Shown: positions 1 to 11,819, counted from the stretch's first letter. The stretch: 64,000 bases of DNA from Candidatus Eiseniibacteriota bacterium (GCA_031431875.1 JANPEF010000045.1:1-64000); one strand, 5' to 3'. The notes: generated from the letters alone by a model not told the origin. Program-made: numbers and translations.

Positions 1-1164
<1,164 letters not shown>

Positions 1165-1499
1165 CGGGCGTACCTCCCGGAGGGTCGCGACGAAGGACAA
1201 CCTGGAACCGTGGTGCGCACGGCTCGGTTCGGGCCACGAGGGCGCGGGCCGAGGCATGCGGGTGCGCGGCGAGCGAGCGGAGTTTCGAATGGACGGCACC
1301 GCGCGACAGGCGGCAGCGGGGTGGGGGAGGCCATCGGAGGCGGTTGCGGCGGCACGGATGCTCGAGCGGGTTGCAGGAAACCGGGCACGACACCCGGACC
1401 AACGAGATTAGGCCGAGAAGGCGGGCCGGTCAACGGCGGAGTTACGAGGAACGGCGGGCGTTGCAGGGTGAACCGCAGCCCCTTCACGGGACGATGAAA

Positions 1500-1529
1500 C
1501 GGGGGTGACCCGCACGGCGGGCACCCCCT
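1500..1529 (-). terminator. Probable intrinsic terminator downstream of sod
   Basis: GC-rich inverted repeat GGGGGTG..CCCGC/GCGGG..CACCCCC followed by a short T run on the minus strand. Confidence 0.5.
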
Positions 1530-1581
1530 TCGGTCTCGGATGGCGAGACATGCGTGCGGTGCCGCGCGCTGCCGCGCGGCG

Positions 1582-2217
1582 CTACGCCGTCGCGCCCACC
1601 AGCTTCAGCTCGAGCGCCTTCGCCTGGTCGAAGCGGGCGCCGATGTCCGCCCAGTTCCACAGGTTCCACGTCGCGTCGAAGAAGTCGGTCTTGCGGTTCT
1701 CGTACTGCAGGTACCAGGCGTGCTCCCACGCATCGAGCACCATGATCGGCACACCGGCCTGCGTGATGTTCGACTGGTGGTCGTAGACCTGCACGGTGAT
1801 CAGCCGGCCGAGCAGCGGCTCCCACACCAGCGCGCCCCAGCCCGAGCCCATCACGGTCGACGCGGCGGCGTTCATCTGCTTCTTGAAGATGGCGAACGAG
1901 CCGAAGTCCCGCTTGATCTGCTCGGCCAGCGCACCCTTCGGCTCGGGCTCGGTCGCGGTCTTCGCCGTCAGGTTCTGCCAGAAGATGGTGTGCAGCACGT
2001 GACCCGACACGTTGAACGCGAGGCCGCGCTCGAGCGCGGGGATCGTCGCGAAGTCCTCCTTTGCGCGCGACTCCTCGAGGCGGTCGAGCAGCCCGTTCGC
2101 GTTGGTCACGTAGGCGCCGTGGTGCTTGTCGTGATGCAGCTCCATGATGCGCGCCGAAATGTGCGGCTCGAGCGCCGCGACGTCGAACGGCAGCGGCGGC
2201 AGGACGTACTTGGCCAT
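1582..2217 (-). CDS. sodA: Fe/Mn superoxide dismutase
   Basis: LPPLPF..ALEPHIS, HHDKHH, FNVSGHVLHTIFW and DAWEHAWY metal-ligand motifs; metal specificity not determined. Confidence 0.93.
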   Translation of the reverse strand: MAKYVLPPLPFDVAALEPHISARIMELHHDKHHGAYVTNANGLLDRLEESRAKEDFATIPALERGLAFNVSGHVLHTIFWQNLTAKTATEPEPKGALAEQIKRDFGSFAIFKKQMNAAASTVMGSGWGALVWEPLLGRLITVQVYDHQSNITQAGVPIMVLDAWEHAWYLQYENRKTDFFDATWNLWNWADIGARFDQAKALELKLVGATA

Positions 2218-2278
2218 GGGGAATCTCCTCGTCTCGGTGGGGTTCCGGGGGGGTCGTGCGGCGATCGGCGCCAGTGTA

Positions 2279-3214
2279 TCACGCTCCGGGCGTCGCGGCC
2301 CCGCGGCGGGCGAGGGCTGCGGCAGCCGCCCGGAACACGCTCGCGTGGGCCCGCACCGTCGACTCGAGCGGGCGCCCGTAGCCCCCGCCGAGCGTGATCA
2401 CGACCGGCACGTCGCGCGCCGTGCAGGCCGCCAGCACCCGTGCGTCGCGGGCGGCGATCCCGTCGAAGGTGAGCGCCAGCCGGCCCAGGCGGTCGTGCTC
2501 GTGCGCGTCGACCCCCGCCTGGTAGAGCACGAAGTCCGGTGCATGCGCGGCGAGTGAAGGCTCGAGCACGGCGTCGAGCGCGGCGAGGTACGCGTCGTCG
2601 CCGACACCGTCCTCGAGCTCGACGTCGAGCGAGCTTCGTTCCTTGTGCAGCGGATAGTTCGTGCGCCCGTGCAGCGACAGCGTGAAGACTGTCGGATCGT
2701 CGGCGAAGATCGCTGCGGTCCCGTTGCCCTGGTGCACGTCGAGGTCGACGATGAACGGCCGCGCCGCGTGCCCCGCCGCGCGCAACGCCGCGATCGCCAC
2801 CGCGTGATCGTTGAACAGGCAGTAGCCCTCGCCGCGGTCGCGGAATGCGTGGTGTGTGCCGCCGGCCAGGTTGCCGGCGACACCGTCCTCGAGCGCCGCA
2901 AAGGCGGCCTGCACGGTGCCGAACACGGCGGCGCGGGCGCGCGTCACCAGCGCCTCGCTCCACGGCATGCCGAGTCGCCGCACCTCGTCCGTGCCCAGCG
3001 CCCCCGTGAGCGCGCGGTCGACGAACGCCGCGTCGTGCGCCCGCTGCAACCACTCGACCGGCGCGGGCTCGGAGCGCGCGACGCGCGGCGCGACGACGAC
3101 GCCTTCGGCCAGCAGGAGCTCGCGCAGCGCACGGTATTTCGCCATCGGGAACGGGTGTCCGGGCGGCAGCGGCACCGCGTAGTCGTCGCTGGCCCAGACG
3201 CGCAGTCGGCTCAC
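2279..3214 (-). CDS. Histone deacetylase-family protein
   Basis: GHPFPMAKY, GGTHHA, GYCLFND, VDLDVHQGNGT, QAGVD..DRLG and GGGY motifs. Confidence 0.92.
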   Translation of the reverse strand: MSRLRVWASDDYAVPLPPGHPFPMAKYRALRELLLAEGVVVAPRVARSEPAPVEWLQRAHDAAFVDRALTGALGTDEVRRLGMPWSEALVTRARAAVFGTVQAAFAALEDGVAGNLAGGTHHAFRDRGEGYCLFNDHAVAIAALRAAGHAARPFIVDLDVHQGNGTAAIFADDPTVFTLSLHGRTNYPLHKERSSLDVELEDGVGDDAYLAALDAVLEPSLAAHAPDFVLYQAGVDAHEHDRLGRLALTFDGIAARDARVLAACTARDVPVVITLGGGYGRPLESTVRAHASVFRAAAAALARRGAATPGA

Positions 3215-3334
3215 GGAACGACGCTCCTGCGGGAGGGAAATTGAGGGATGACGCGGGCCGCCGATCGGGCCGCGACGCGCCGAATGTCAAAGCGTTGTCG
3301 GGCCCGCCCCGGTGGACATTTCTTGATTTCCCGC

Positions 3335-3363
3335 TTGCGCCGGAATCCACCCCTGCCGATACT
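3335..3363 (+). promoter_or_regulatory. Putative sigma70 promoter of the cold-shock gene
   Basis: TTGCGC-17 nt-GATACT, about 180 nt upstream of the start codon. Confidence 0.5.
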
Positions 3364-3546
3364 CAGGATGTCTTCGGTGGTTCGTGGATGCGCCGCGCCC
3401 GATCGTTCGCCAGGACTCGTCCTGGCGTTTTTTTTGGGTAGGCGCGAAGCGGGAATCGAAGCAAGCCGGTCACAACGACCGGACGTTGCCGTCACGATCA
3501 GGCGGCGCTGTTTGGGGGTTCGCCCCCAGGAACAAGGAGTATCGAA

Positions 3547-3747
3547 GTGGCTGCTGGCACCGTGAAGTGGTTCAACGAGGCGAAGGGTTTTGGTTTCATC
3601 TCCCAGGAGGGTGGCGAGGATGTGTTCGTCCACTTCTCGGCCATCGGGGGTTCGGGGTTCAAGACGCTCGCCGAGGGCGAGCGTGTCACGTTCGACGTCG
3701 TCCAGGGACCGAAGGGTCTCCAGGCTGCGAACGTCGTGCGCGGCTAG
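3547..3747 (+). CDS. cspA: Cold-shock protein
   Basis: GTVKWFN, KGFGFI (RNP1), DVFVHFSAI (RNP2); 66 aa; AAGGAG RBS. Confidence 0.96.
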   Translation: MAAGTVKWFNEAKGFGFISQEGGEDVFVHFSAIGGSGFKTLAEGERVTFDVVQGPKGLQAANVVRG

Positions 3748-3778
3748 TTTCACCTCGCAGAACCGCTTCATCCAGAAC

Positions 3779-3807
3779 GGGGCGCCGGGCAACCGGCGCC
3801 CCGGTTT
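3779..3807. terminator. Bidirectional terminator hairpin between convergent genes
   Basis: GGGGCGCCGG-GCAA-CCGGCGCCCC: 10-bp stem, GNRA loop, then GGTTT. Confidence 0.75.
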
Positions 3808-4304
3808 CATTTCCGGCCCGTAGGCGGCTGCGGCGCGATCGCGGGATACAGCGCGGCGAGCTTCGCCTCGATCAGCTCGAGGTCCTTGCGCGCGGCGTTC
3901 GGATCGACGTCGAACGAGGTCTGCACGAGCGCGGCGCGCTCGACCAGCTGCTTCACCTCGCCCGCCTCCTGCGTACGATCCGCCGGCACGCGTGCCGCCA
4001 GCCCGGTGAGCTGCGCCATCACGTCGGCCGCCGCCAGCTTCGCCCCCGGCACGTCCATCACGGTCAGCGCGTAGCGCGCCTCGATCGATCGCGCGCGCGC
4101 CTGCAGCGCGACCCCGCCGCGGAGCGCCTCGTCGCGCGCCACCTCGACCTTCACCAACTGCGGCTGGAAGACCCTGGAGTAGAGGACGACGGCCCCGGCG
4201 ATGAACAGCAGGTCGAGCCCGATGAAGATGAGGAGCGCTTTCTTCATCTGCCCCTTGAAGACGTCCATCCGCGAACGCTCGACGGCTTCGGTGGTGGTGG
4301 ACAT
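3807..4304 (-). CDS. Hypothetical single-pass membrane protein
   Basis: ATG 4304 with GAGGAG RBS; one N-terminal TM segment followed by a helical domain; directly downstream of pit. Confidence 0.7.
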   Translation of the reverse strand: MSTTTEAVERSRMDVFKGQMKKALLIFIGLDLLFIAGAVVLYSRVFQPQLVKVEVARDEALRGGVALQARARSIEARYALTVMDVPGAKLAAADVMAQLTGLAARVPADRTQEAGEVKQLVERAALVQTSFDVDPNAARKDLELIEAKLAALYPAIAPQPPTGRK

Positions 4305-4357
4305 GGCGGTCTCCTCGTGCGGTGTGGCATGGGCCGTTCGGCGCGCCCGGCGCGACC

Positions 4358-5365
4358 TCAGCCCCGTCCGGCCGCCCGCAGGGCAAGATAGCAGAGGGCC
4401 GCGACCAGCGCCGCCATGGGCATGGTCAGCACCCAGGCCCACAGGATCCGCCCGGCGACGCCCCACTTCACGGCCGAGAGCCGCCGCGTGGAGCCCACGC
4501 CGATGATCGCGCCCGTGATCGTGTGCGTGGTCGAGACCGGGATGCCGGTCAGCGTCGCGCCGAACAGCGTGAGCGCGCCCGCCGTCTCGGCGCAGAACCC
4601 GCCGACCGGCGCCAGCTTGGTCAGCTTCATCCCCATCGTCTTGACGATCCGCCAGCCGCCGAACATCGTGCCGAGCCCGATGGTCGCATGGCTCGCCAGC
4701 ACGACCCACAGCGGCACCTCGAACTCGCCGGTCAGGTTGCCGGTGGCGAAGAGCGCGACCGTGATGATGCCCATCGTCTTCTGCGCGTCGTTGCCGCCGT
4801 GTCCCAGGCTGAACGCCGCCGCCGAGAGCAATTGAAGTCGCCGGAAGACCGTGTCGACGAAGCGCGGGGTGGAGCGGTAGAAGACCCACGACACGGCGAG
4901 CATGAAGATGTAGCCGAGCGCCAGGCCGACCAGGGGCGAGACGACGATGAACTGCATGATCCTGAGCAGTCCCTTGACGATCACGGCATCGGGCCCCGCG
5001 GCGGTGACCGCGGCGCCCACGAACCCGCCGATCAGCGCGTGCGAGGACGACGTGGGCAGGCCCAGCCACCAGGTGATCAGGTTCCACACGATCGCACCCG
5101 TGACGCCGGCGATCAGGATCGTGGGGGTGACGATGGCCGGGTCGATGACACCCTTGCCGATCGTCTTGGCGACGTGCGTGCCGAGCACGGCGAACGCCAC
5201 GAAGTTGAAGAATGCCGCCCACACCACGGCCAGCTTCGGCGAGAGCACCCGTGTCGAGACGACGGTCGCGATCGAGTTGGCCGCATCATGGAAGCCGTTG
5301 ATGAAGTCGAAGGCGAGGGCGAGGACGATGATGATCCAGACTTCGAGCGAGTAACCCACGGTCAC
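4358..5365 (-). CDS. pit: Inorganic phosphate transporter (PiT/PHO4 family)
   Basis: FDFINGFHDAANSIAT, GLPTSSSHAL, HGGNDAQK and PVSTTH signatures. Confidence 0.95.
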   Translation of the reverse strand: MTVGYSLEVWIIIVLALAFDFINGFHDAANSIATVVSTRVLSPKLAVVWAAFFNFVAFAVLGTHVAKTIGKGVIDPAIVTPTILIAGVTGAIVWNLITWWLGLPTSSSHALIGGFVGAAVTAAGPDAVIVKGLLRIMQFIVVSPLVGLALGYIFMLAVSWVFYRSTPRFVDTVFRRLQLLSAAAFSLGHGGNDAQKTMGIITVALFATGNLTGEFEVPLWVVLASHATIGLGTMFGGWRIVKTMGMKLTKLAPVGGFCAETAGALTLFGATLTGIPVSTTHTITGAIIGVGSTRRLSAVKWGVAGRILWAWVLTMPMAALVAALCYLALRAAGRG

Positions 5366-5979
5366 CGGTTCTTGATCACGATCGACTCGATCGTGTTGGC
5401 AACGTCCTCACACTGGTCCGCGGCGCTCTCGAGGCGACCGTAGATCTCCTTCCAACGCAGCACGTCGAGCACCTCGTGCCGGCCGCTGAACAGGTCGGCC
5501 ACGACTTCGCGCGAGATCACGTCGGCCTCGTTCTCGAGCCGGTTGAGCTCGAGGGTGAACGCCATCAGGTTCTTGAAGTCCTTCAGGTTCGCCACCGCCT
5601 GCTCGATCTGCGTCCCGCACTTGACCAGGATCGCGGACAGCTTGGCCGCTTCGGGCGTCGTCTTGTCGACATGGAACATGACGAGCCGGCTGCCGATCGC
5701 CTCGACCGAGTCGAGCACGTCGTCGAGCCCGCTGGCGAGCGCGTGGATGTCCTCGCGCTCGAGCGGCGTGATGAACGTCCGGTTCAGGCGCTCGAAGATC
5801 TCGTGGGTGACGAGGTCCCCCTGGTGCTCGACCTCCTTGAGGACGCGCGCGCGCTCATCGAGGTTGTCGAACACGGTGATCATCTCGTGGAGCTGGCGGC
5901 AGCCCTCGCTGACCAGCGCTCCCTGCTTGACGAAGAGCGCGAAGAAGTCCTCGTCCTGCGGGAAGAAGTTGAATTTCAC
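5362..5979 (-). CDS. DUF47 PhoU-like Pit accessory protein
   Basis: EHQGD, TFITPLEREDI, LENEAD and WKEIY motifs; stop overlaps the pit start; GTG start inferred from a GAGG RBS. Confidence 0.9.
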   Translation of the reverse strand: MKFNFFPQDEDFFALFVKQGALVSEGCRQLHEMITVFDNLDERARVLKEVEHQGDLVTHEIFERLNRTFITPLEREDIHALASGLDDVLDSVEAIGSRLVMFHVDKTTPEAAKLSAILVKCGTQIEQAVANLKDFKNLMAFTLELNRLENEADVISREVVADLFSGRHEVLDVLRWKEIYGRLESAADQCEDVANTIESIVIKNR

Positions 5980-6162
5980 GGAGACCTCGCAGAGGGTCGG
6001 GGGCGGTGCTCGAGACGGTCCGGCGGGCGGGCGCCCGCGCGGCCTGTTGATAGCACAGAGCCCGGTCGGCGGCAACGGGACATCCAGTCATCCCCATGGC
6101 GTGCAATGGCTTGGGGAAGCAACGTATGGTCGCCCAGGGGCGGTGAAGGACGGAGGTTGGCG

Positions 6163-6801
6163 ATGAACGGATCGGATCTCGGAGCGGCGCTCCTCGAATC
6201 CGCCTGGCTCTCGGCACGGATCGCGGCGGCCATCTCGCTCGCCGCCTCGCTGGGGGCGGTCCTGATCGTGCATGCGCAGGCGCACGCCGGCGCTTCGCGT
6301 TCGGTCGCCCCGCGGGTCCGTCCGTCCGGTTCGGGGTTGCGTCTCGCGGCGATGGTCACCGCGCTCGCCGGGTCCGCGGCCGCAACGTGGCTCGGGCGCG
6401 GACAGGTGGCCGCGTGGTTCGTCCCTCCCGTCCAGGCGCTTGCGGCCGCCACCGCGGCGCTCGCCTGCCTGAGCGGGGCGATGCTCGCGATCTGGGCGGC
6501 GGCGACCCTGGGCCCGAACTTCGCGGTCGGCGCTTCGGTTCGCGGCGACGAGCGCGCCGCGCTGGTCACGACGGGACCGTTCGTGCTGCTGCGACATCCG
6601 CTGTACGCGGCGCTCGGCCTGATGGCCGCGGGCGCGACGCTGGCGTGGGGAAGCATCGTCGGGCTGGCGTGGGTGCTTCTCGCCTACCCACTCACGGCGC
6701 GCTTGCGCGCCGACCTCGAGGAACAGGCGCTGGCCGAAGCGTGGCCCGAAGCGTGGCCCGCATACGCCGCCCGCACACCGCGATTCCTGCCGCGGATGTG
6801 A
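6163..6801 (+). CDS. Isoprenylcysteine carboxyl methyltransferase/PEMT-family membrane protein
   Basis: LVTTGPF..LRHPLY, EEQAL and Y..RTPRFLP motifs; GGAGG RBS. Confidence 0.82.
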   Translation: MNGSDLGAALLESAWLSARIAAAISLAASLGAVLIVHAQAHAGASRSVAPRVRPSGSGLRLAAMVTALAGSAAATWLGRGQVAAWFVPPVQALAAATAALACLSGAMLAIWAAATLGPNFAVGASVRGDERAALVTTGPFVLLRHPLYAALGLMAAGATLAWGSIVGLAWVLLAYPLTARLRADLEEQALAEAWPEAWPAYAARTPRFLPRM

Positions 6802-6817
6802 GCCGGCGCAGGGCCCG

Positions 6818-7489
6818 CTAGGTCGACTGGCGCTCTTCCATGTGGTGCTTGACCACTCGCGCCTCGGCGATGAACACGACCTCCTCGGCCACGTTCGTCG
6901 CCAGGTCCGCGACGCGCTCGAGGTTGCGCGAGACGAGGATCAGCTCCAGCGCCCGCGTGATCGTCTCGGGCTTCTCGATCATGAACGACAGCAGTTCACG
7001 GAAGAGCTGGCTCTTCAGGTGATCGACCTCGTCGTCCTCGGTGAGGATGATCCGTGCCGCCGCCGCGTCGTTGCGCACGAATGCGTCGAGCGCCTGGGTG
7101 AGCATGCGTGTTGCGATCGCGCCCATGCGCGGAATGTCGATCAGCGGCTTGAGCTCGGGCTCGTGTGACAGCTTGATCGCCGACTGGGCGATGTTGACTG
7201 CGTGATCGCCGACCCGCTCGAGGTCGTTCACGATCTTGAGCGCCGCGATGACGAAGCGCAGGTCCTGCCCCACGGGCTGGCGCAGCGCGAGCAGCTTGAT
7301 GCAGCGCTCGTCGATCTCGATCTCGAGCTGATCGATGGCCCGGTCGTCCTGGAAGATCTCCTCGGCGAGCGCCTGGTCGCGTCGCTTCAGTGCGTCGATC
7401 GCCTTGTGGACGGCGGCCTCGGCCCGCCCGCCCATGAGCAGGAGGCGGGTCTTCAGTTCGTTCAGCTCCTCGTCGAAATGCCGTTCCAT
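6818..7489 (-). CDS. phoU: Phosphate signalling protein PhoU
   Basis: LALRQPVGQDLR, DLERVGDHAVNIA and LERVADLATNVAE repeats; follows pstB. Confidence 0.96.
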   Translation of the reverse strand: MERHFDEELNELKTRLLLMGGRAEAAVHKAIDALKRRDQALAEEIFQDDRAIDQLEIEIDERCIKLLALRQPVGQDLRFVIAALKIVNDLERVGDHAVNIAQSAIKLSHEPELKPLIDIPRMGAIATRMLTQALDAFVRNDAAAARIILTEDDEVDHLKSQLFRELLSFMIEKPETITRALELILVSRNLERVADLATNVAEEVVFIAEARVVKHHMEERQST

Positions 7490-7526
7490 GTGTTCCCCTC
7501 GTGCTCCGCGATCGCCGGTCGGGCGA

Positions 7527-8399
7527 TCAGCCGAAGCGTCCGCTGATGTAATCTTCGGTCAGGCGCTCGGCCGGGTGGGTGAAGATCCGCGCCGTGTCGT
7601 CATACTCGACCAGCCGTCCCTGCATGAGAAACGCCGTCCGGTCCGAGATCCGCGCCGCCTGCTGCATGTTGTGCGTGACCACCACGATGGTATACCGCGC
7701 CTTCAGGTCGAGCACCAGTTCCTCGATCTTCGCCGTCGAGGTGGGATCGAGCGCCGACGCGGGCTCGTCCATGAGCAGCACCTCGGGATCGACCGCCAGG
7801 CTGCGCGCGATGCACACGCGCTGCTGCTGGCCGCCCGACAGGCGCAGCGCCGAGTCCTTGAGCCGGTCCTTCACTTCCTCCCACAGGGCCGCCTGGCGGA
7901 GCGTGCGCTCGACCAGGTTGTCGAGCTCGCCGCTCGACTTCATGCCGAACATGCGGGGCCCGAATGCCACGTTCTCGTAGATCGACTTGGGGAACGGGTT
8001 GGCTCGCTGGAAGACCATGCCGACCCGGCGGCGCAGGTCGACGACGTCGACGCCCGGCGCGTACAGGTCGGTGCCGTCGAGCCATGCGGTTCCCTCCACG
8101 CGCACCCCGTCGATGAGGTCGTTCATCCGGTTGAACGTGCGTAACAGCGTCGACTTGCCGCAGCCCGACGGCCCGATCAGCGCCGTCACCGAGCGCTCCG
8201 GAATCGACAGCGTCACGCCGTGCAGCGCCTGCGTCTTGCCGTAGAACAGCGAGATCGCGTCGGCGCGCAGGATCTCGCGCGCAGCAGACCCTGGGGGGGC
8301 GCCATCGACCGGCGCGTGGACGCGCGGCTGCGGGCGCGGCGGCGCGGGCGCGGTGCCTCCGGTCGTCACGACGGGGGAGCCGGTCACAAGGGTCTCCAT
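7527..8399 (-). CDS. pstB: Phosphate ABC transporter ATPase
   Basis: [40 protein letters not shown]; ends YISGRFG. Confidence 0.97.
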   Translation of the reverse strand: METLVTGSPVVTTGGTAPAPPRPQPRVHAPVDGAPPGSAAREILRADAISLFYGKTQALHGVTLSIPERSVTALIGPSGCGKSTLLRTFNRMNDLIDGVRVEGTAWLDGTDLYAPGVDVVDLRRRVGMVFQRANPFPKSIYENVAFGPRMFGMKSSGELDNLVERTLRQAALWEEVKDRLKDSALRLSGGQQQRVCIARSLAVDPEVLLMDEPASALDPTSTAKIEELVLDLKARYTIVVVTHNMQQAARISDRTAFLMQGRLVEYDDTARIFTHPAERLTEDYISGRFG

Positions 8400-8400
8400 G

Positions 8401-9366
8401 TCAGTCCCTCAGGCCCATACGGCGGCGCAGGCGCGCGCGCAGCACGATGGCGGTGAAGTTGAGCGCAAACGTGAGCAGCAGGAGCACGAGCACGGTCCCG
8501 TACAGAAGCGGCAGCGTCTGCTCGACGTTCGGCGACTGCGTGGCCAGCACGTAGACATGATAACCGAGTTCCATGAACTGGTCCGTGAGCGCCGTGGGCA
8601 GGTACGGCAGGTAGTACGCGGCGCCGGTGAACAGGATCGGGGCCACCTCGCCGGCGCCGCGGCTGACCGACAGGATCGCACCGGTGAGCACCCCGGGCAG
8701 GGCCTGCGGCAGGACGACGTGCCACACGGTCTGCCAGCGCGTCGCTCCCAGGGCGAGCGAGCCCTCGCGCGCCGAGCGCGGGACGGCGCGCAGCGCCTCC
8801 TCGGTCGAGACGATGACGACCGGCAGGTTGAGCAGGGCCAGCGTCAGCGCGGCCCACACGATCGCCGGCTGGCCGAACAGGACGCCCTGCCCCAGCGCCC
8901 CGTCGATGCCGCGACCCACGAATTGGATGAAGAAGCCGAGCCCGAACAGCCCGAACACGATCGAGGGCACACCCGCCAGGTTGTTGACCGCGAAGCGCAC
9001 CGCGCGCGTGACCGGCGAGTTGGCCCGTGCGTACTCGTGCAGGTAGACCGCGGCGAGCACGCCGACGGGCAACACCGCGATGATCATCAGGAGGACCAGC
9101 AGCACCGTTCCGAAGATCGCCGGGAAGATGCCGCCCTCGGTCATCCCGTTCTCGGGATTGCCGAGCAGGAACGTGGGTGTCACCGTGCGCCAGCCGCCGA
9201 TCACGATCGTGCCCAGGATCACGCCGACGATGAGCACGATCCACAGCGTCGCGAGCCCGGTCACGCCGGTCCACAGAACGTTCCAGCCCGCCTGGACGGC
9301 ACGGCGCGACGGGTTCGCCAGCTCGCGAACCGTCGGTCCGGGCGCGACGTTCGGGAACACGTTCAC
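8401..9366 (-). CDS. pstA: Phosphate ABC transporter permease PstA
   Basis: [29 protein letters not shown] and an EAA-type loop; GTG start inferred. Confidence 0.93.
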   Translation of the reverse strand: MNVFPNVAPGPTVRELANPSRRAVQAGWNVLWTGVTGLATLWIVLIVGVILGTIVIGGWRTVTPTFLLGNPENGMTEGGIFPAIFGTVLLVLLMIIAVLPVGVLAAVYLHEYARANSPVTRAVRFAVNNLAGVPSIVFGLFGLGFFIQFVGRGIDGALGQGVLFGQPAIVWAALTLALLNLPVVIVSTEEALRAVPRSAREGSLALGATRWQTVWHVVLPQALPGVLTGAILSVSRGAGEVAPILFTGAAYYLPYLPTALTDQFMELGYHVYVLATQSPNVEQTLPLLYGTVLVLLLLTFALNFTAIVLRARLRRRMGLRD

Positions 9367-9368
9367 GA

Positions 9369-10307
9369 TCAGGCCCCCGCCAGGCGGCGGCGCATGCGCT
9401 CGACCATGAGCCCGGCCGCGACGTTGAGCACGAACGTGATGGCGAACAGCAGGCTGCCGATGAAGAACAGCGTCGAGTAGTGCGGGCTGCCGACCACGAC
9501 CTCGGCCAGTTCGGCGGCGATCGTCGCCGACATCGTGCGGATCGAGTCGAACGCCGACCACGACGTGATCGCCGCATTGCCCGAGGCCATGAGCACGATC
9601 ATCGTCTCGCCCACCGCGCGGCCGAGGCCCAGCATGACCGCGGCGAAGATCCCCGCCCAGGCGGCCGGCAGGGTGACGCGGAACGCGGTCTGCCAGGCGC
9701 TGGCGCCCAGTGCCAGCGACGCCTCGCGGTACGACGACGGAACGGCGCGCAGCGCGTCCTCGCTCACCGAGTAGACGACCGGAATGATCGAGAATCCCAG
9801 CGCGAGGCCGGCGTTGAACGCGTTGAGCCGCGTCGGTGATCCGGTCACCGCCTGCACCCCCGTGGCCAGCACGATGAGCGCGAAGAAGCCGAGCACGACC
9901 GACGGGATGCCGGCGAGCAGCTCGACGACCGGCTTGAGCAACTCGCGGATGGCGCGGGGCGCGAACTCGGCGGTGTACAGCGCGGCGAGCACGGCGACCG
10001 GCACGGCCGTGAGCACGGCGATGAGCGTGGCCTTGAGCGAGCCGATGAGCAGCGGCAGGAGCGAGTACTTGGGGACGTCCGACACCGGCTGCCACGAGCC
10101 GGGGGAGAAGAACTTCGCGAGGTTCGCCTCGAGCTGCGTCTCGCGGTCGAACAGGACCGGCAGCGCCTCGCGGAACACGAAGACGAAGATGAGCACGATT
10201 CCGGTCACCGTGATGAGCGCCGACGCGGCGATCGCCATCTCGGCAAGGCGATCGATGCGCCGGCGTCGGTGATCGACCGGGCGGGCGAGAAGCGGCGGCG
10301 CGGGCAT
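9369..10307 (-). CDS. pstC: Phosphate ABC transporter permease PstC
   Basis: ELLAGIPSVVLGF, GRAVGETMIVLMASGN; start overlaps the pstS stop. Confidence 0.94.
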   Translation of the reverse strand: MPAPPLLARPVDHRRRRIDRLAEMAIAASALITVTGIVLIFVFVFREALPVLFDRETQLEANLAKFFSPGSWQPVSDVPKYSLLPLLIGSLKATLIAVLTAVPVAVLAALYTAEFAPRAIRELLKPVVELLAGIPSVVLGFFALIVLATGVQAVTGSPTRLNAFNAGLALGFSIIPVVYSVSEDALRAVPSSYREASLALGASAWQTAFRVTLPAAWAGIFAAVMLGLGRAVGETMIVLMASGNAAITSWSAFDSIRTMSATIAAELAEVVVGSPHYSTLFFIGSLLFAITFVLNVAAGLMVERMRRRLAGA

Positions 10308-11149
10308 CAGCGGATCGGGAAGTACCCGACCTCCGTGACGTGCGCCTGCCCCTCGGGCGAGAGGACCCAGGCGAGGAGAGCGTGCGCCGCCGGCGGGGCC
10401 TTCGCCGAGACGTACCAGTACAGCGGGCGCGACAGGGGATAGGCGCCGCTCCTGATCGTCTCCTCGGTCGGATCGACCGGCGTGCCGTCGACGCCGAGGA
10501 TCCCGAGGCGCTTGATTCCCCCGCTGTAGGCGATCCCGCCGTAGCCGATGCCGTTCACGTCCTGCGTCACCGCGTTGACGACGGCCGCGGTGCCCGGCAG
10601 GGTCTGCGCGCGCTCGACGAAGTCGGCGCCGCCCAGCACATGCTCCTTGAAGAAGACGTAGGTGCCCGAGTTGTTCTCGCGGCTGTAGACGATGATCGGC
10701 CGATCCGGGCCGCCGAGGTCCTTCCAGCTGGTGATGGTGCCGGTATAGACGCCCTTCAGCTGCTCCATCGAGATCGTGGCCACCGGGTTCGCGGCGTGCA
10801 CGTAGACCGTGACGCCGTCGCGCGCGACCGCGTGCTCCTCGACCGCACCGCCGCCTTGCTCCTGCGCCTTCTGCTTCTCCGCGTCCTTCATCGGACGCGA
10901 GGACTGGGCGATGTCGGTGGTGCCGTTGATGAGCTGCGCGATGCCGGTGCCCGAACCGCCGCCGGTGATGGCGACGACGGCGCCCGGGTGTGCCTTCATG
11001 TATTCGTCGGACCACTTCTGGCCGAGGATGACCATGGTGTCCGAACCCTTGATGCTGATGCTCTGCGCGCGATCCCGACCCCCGCAGCCGGCGACGAAGG
11101 GAACGACGAGCACGAAGAGAATGGCGGCCCAGCGGCGAGCGACGTGCAT
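10307..11149 (-). CDS. pstS: Phosphate-binding lipoprotein PstS
   Basis: Lipobox VAGC, IKGSDTM, GGGSGTGI, SRENNSGTY, YPLSRPLY. Confidence 0.94.
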   Translation of the reverse strand: MHVARRWAAILFVLVVPFVAGCGGRDRAQSISIKGSDTMVILGQKWSDEYMKAHPGAVVAITGGGSGTGIAQLINGTTDIAQSSRPMKDAEKQKAQEQGGGAVEEHAVARDGVTVYVHAANPVATISMEQLKGVYTGTITSWKDLGGPDRPIIVYSRENNSGTYVFFKEHVLGGADFVERAQTLPGTAAVVNAVTQDVNGIGYGGIAYSGGIKRLGILGVDGTPVDPTEETIRSGAYPLSRPLYWYVSAKAPPAAHALLAWVLSPEGQAHVTEVGYFPIR

Positions 11150-11258
11150 CAGGGGATCTCCTGGCGACGGAAGCCCGCGGCGGCGACCGACATCGCACGA
11201 ACCGGGGCACGGAATACGGCCTCTCGTGAACCCCCCCACGATGCGCGCGATCGGTTGC

Positions 11259-11729
11259 CTATCCGTTGCCGCCGTGTAACAAACGTGTGAACGGGCTGCG
11301 GGCGCGACTCAGTTCGGCCCAGGCGAGGGCGCCCTCGACCCCACCCCAGCAGCGCCGGACGCGGGTCGCCAGCTCGGGGCGGGCGGCAACCAGGGCCGCG
11401 TCGTCGGCCCCGGGGTGCTCGATCAGGAAGCGGGACAGCGCGTGCCACAGGGCGCGCCGCTGGTCGCGCAGCATGAGCCCGCGGCGCAGGCTCTGGCCCA
11501 GTTCATGGCCGTAGTCGATCCCGGCCGCGGCAACGGCCTCGCGCCACGAGCCGAACGCCCGGCGCGCCTGGGCGTACAGCGCGGGATGCGTGCGGTGGAT
11601 GCGCGACAGGCTGCCCGCCTGCTGGTGCAGGTCGCGGATGGTCGCCAGCACGTGGCTCCGGATCTCGTCCTTGGCGATCGTCATCCCGATTTCCGTGTCG
11701 TCGGAGATCATGGTTTCCAGGGTGCTCAT
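11259..11729 (-). CDS. Hypothetical protein with two FGSW..A..AAG-type helical repeats (resembles homing-endonuclease-associated repeats)
   Basis: GGGAGG RBS; LYAQARRAFGSWREAVAAAGIDY plus a degenerate copy LATRVRRCWGGVEGALAWAEL. Confidence 0.7.
   Translation of the reverse strand: MSTLETMISDDTEIGMTIAKDEIRSHVLATIRDLHQQAGSLSRIHRTHPALYAQARRAFGSWREAVAAAGIDYGHELGQSLRRGLMLRDQRRALWHALSRFLIEHPGADDAALVAARPELATRVRRCWGGVEGALAWAELSRARSPFTRLLHGGNG
11275..11291 (-). promoter_or_regulatory. Putative PHO box upstream of pstS
   Basis: Minus strand TTCACA-N5-GTTACA: two half-sites 11 nt apart, matching the TT(A/C/T)ACA PhoP-type repeat. Confidence 0.65.
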
Positions 11730-11819
11730 GACCAGAGTCCTCCCTTTTCCTCAGGGTGCACAGTGACGATGGACGCCTGGCGAAGATCGTCCCTCGGTTT
11801 GAAGATCCGGGGGCCACGA

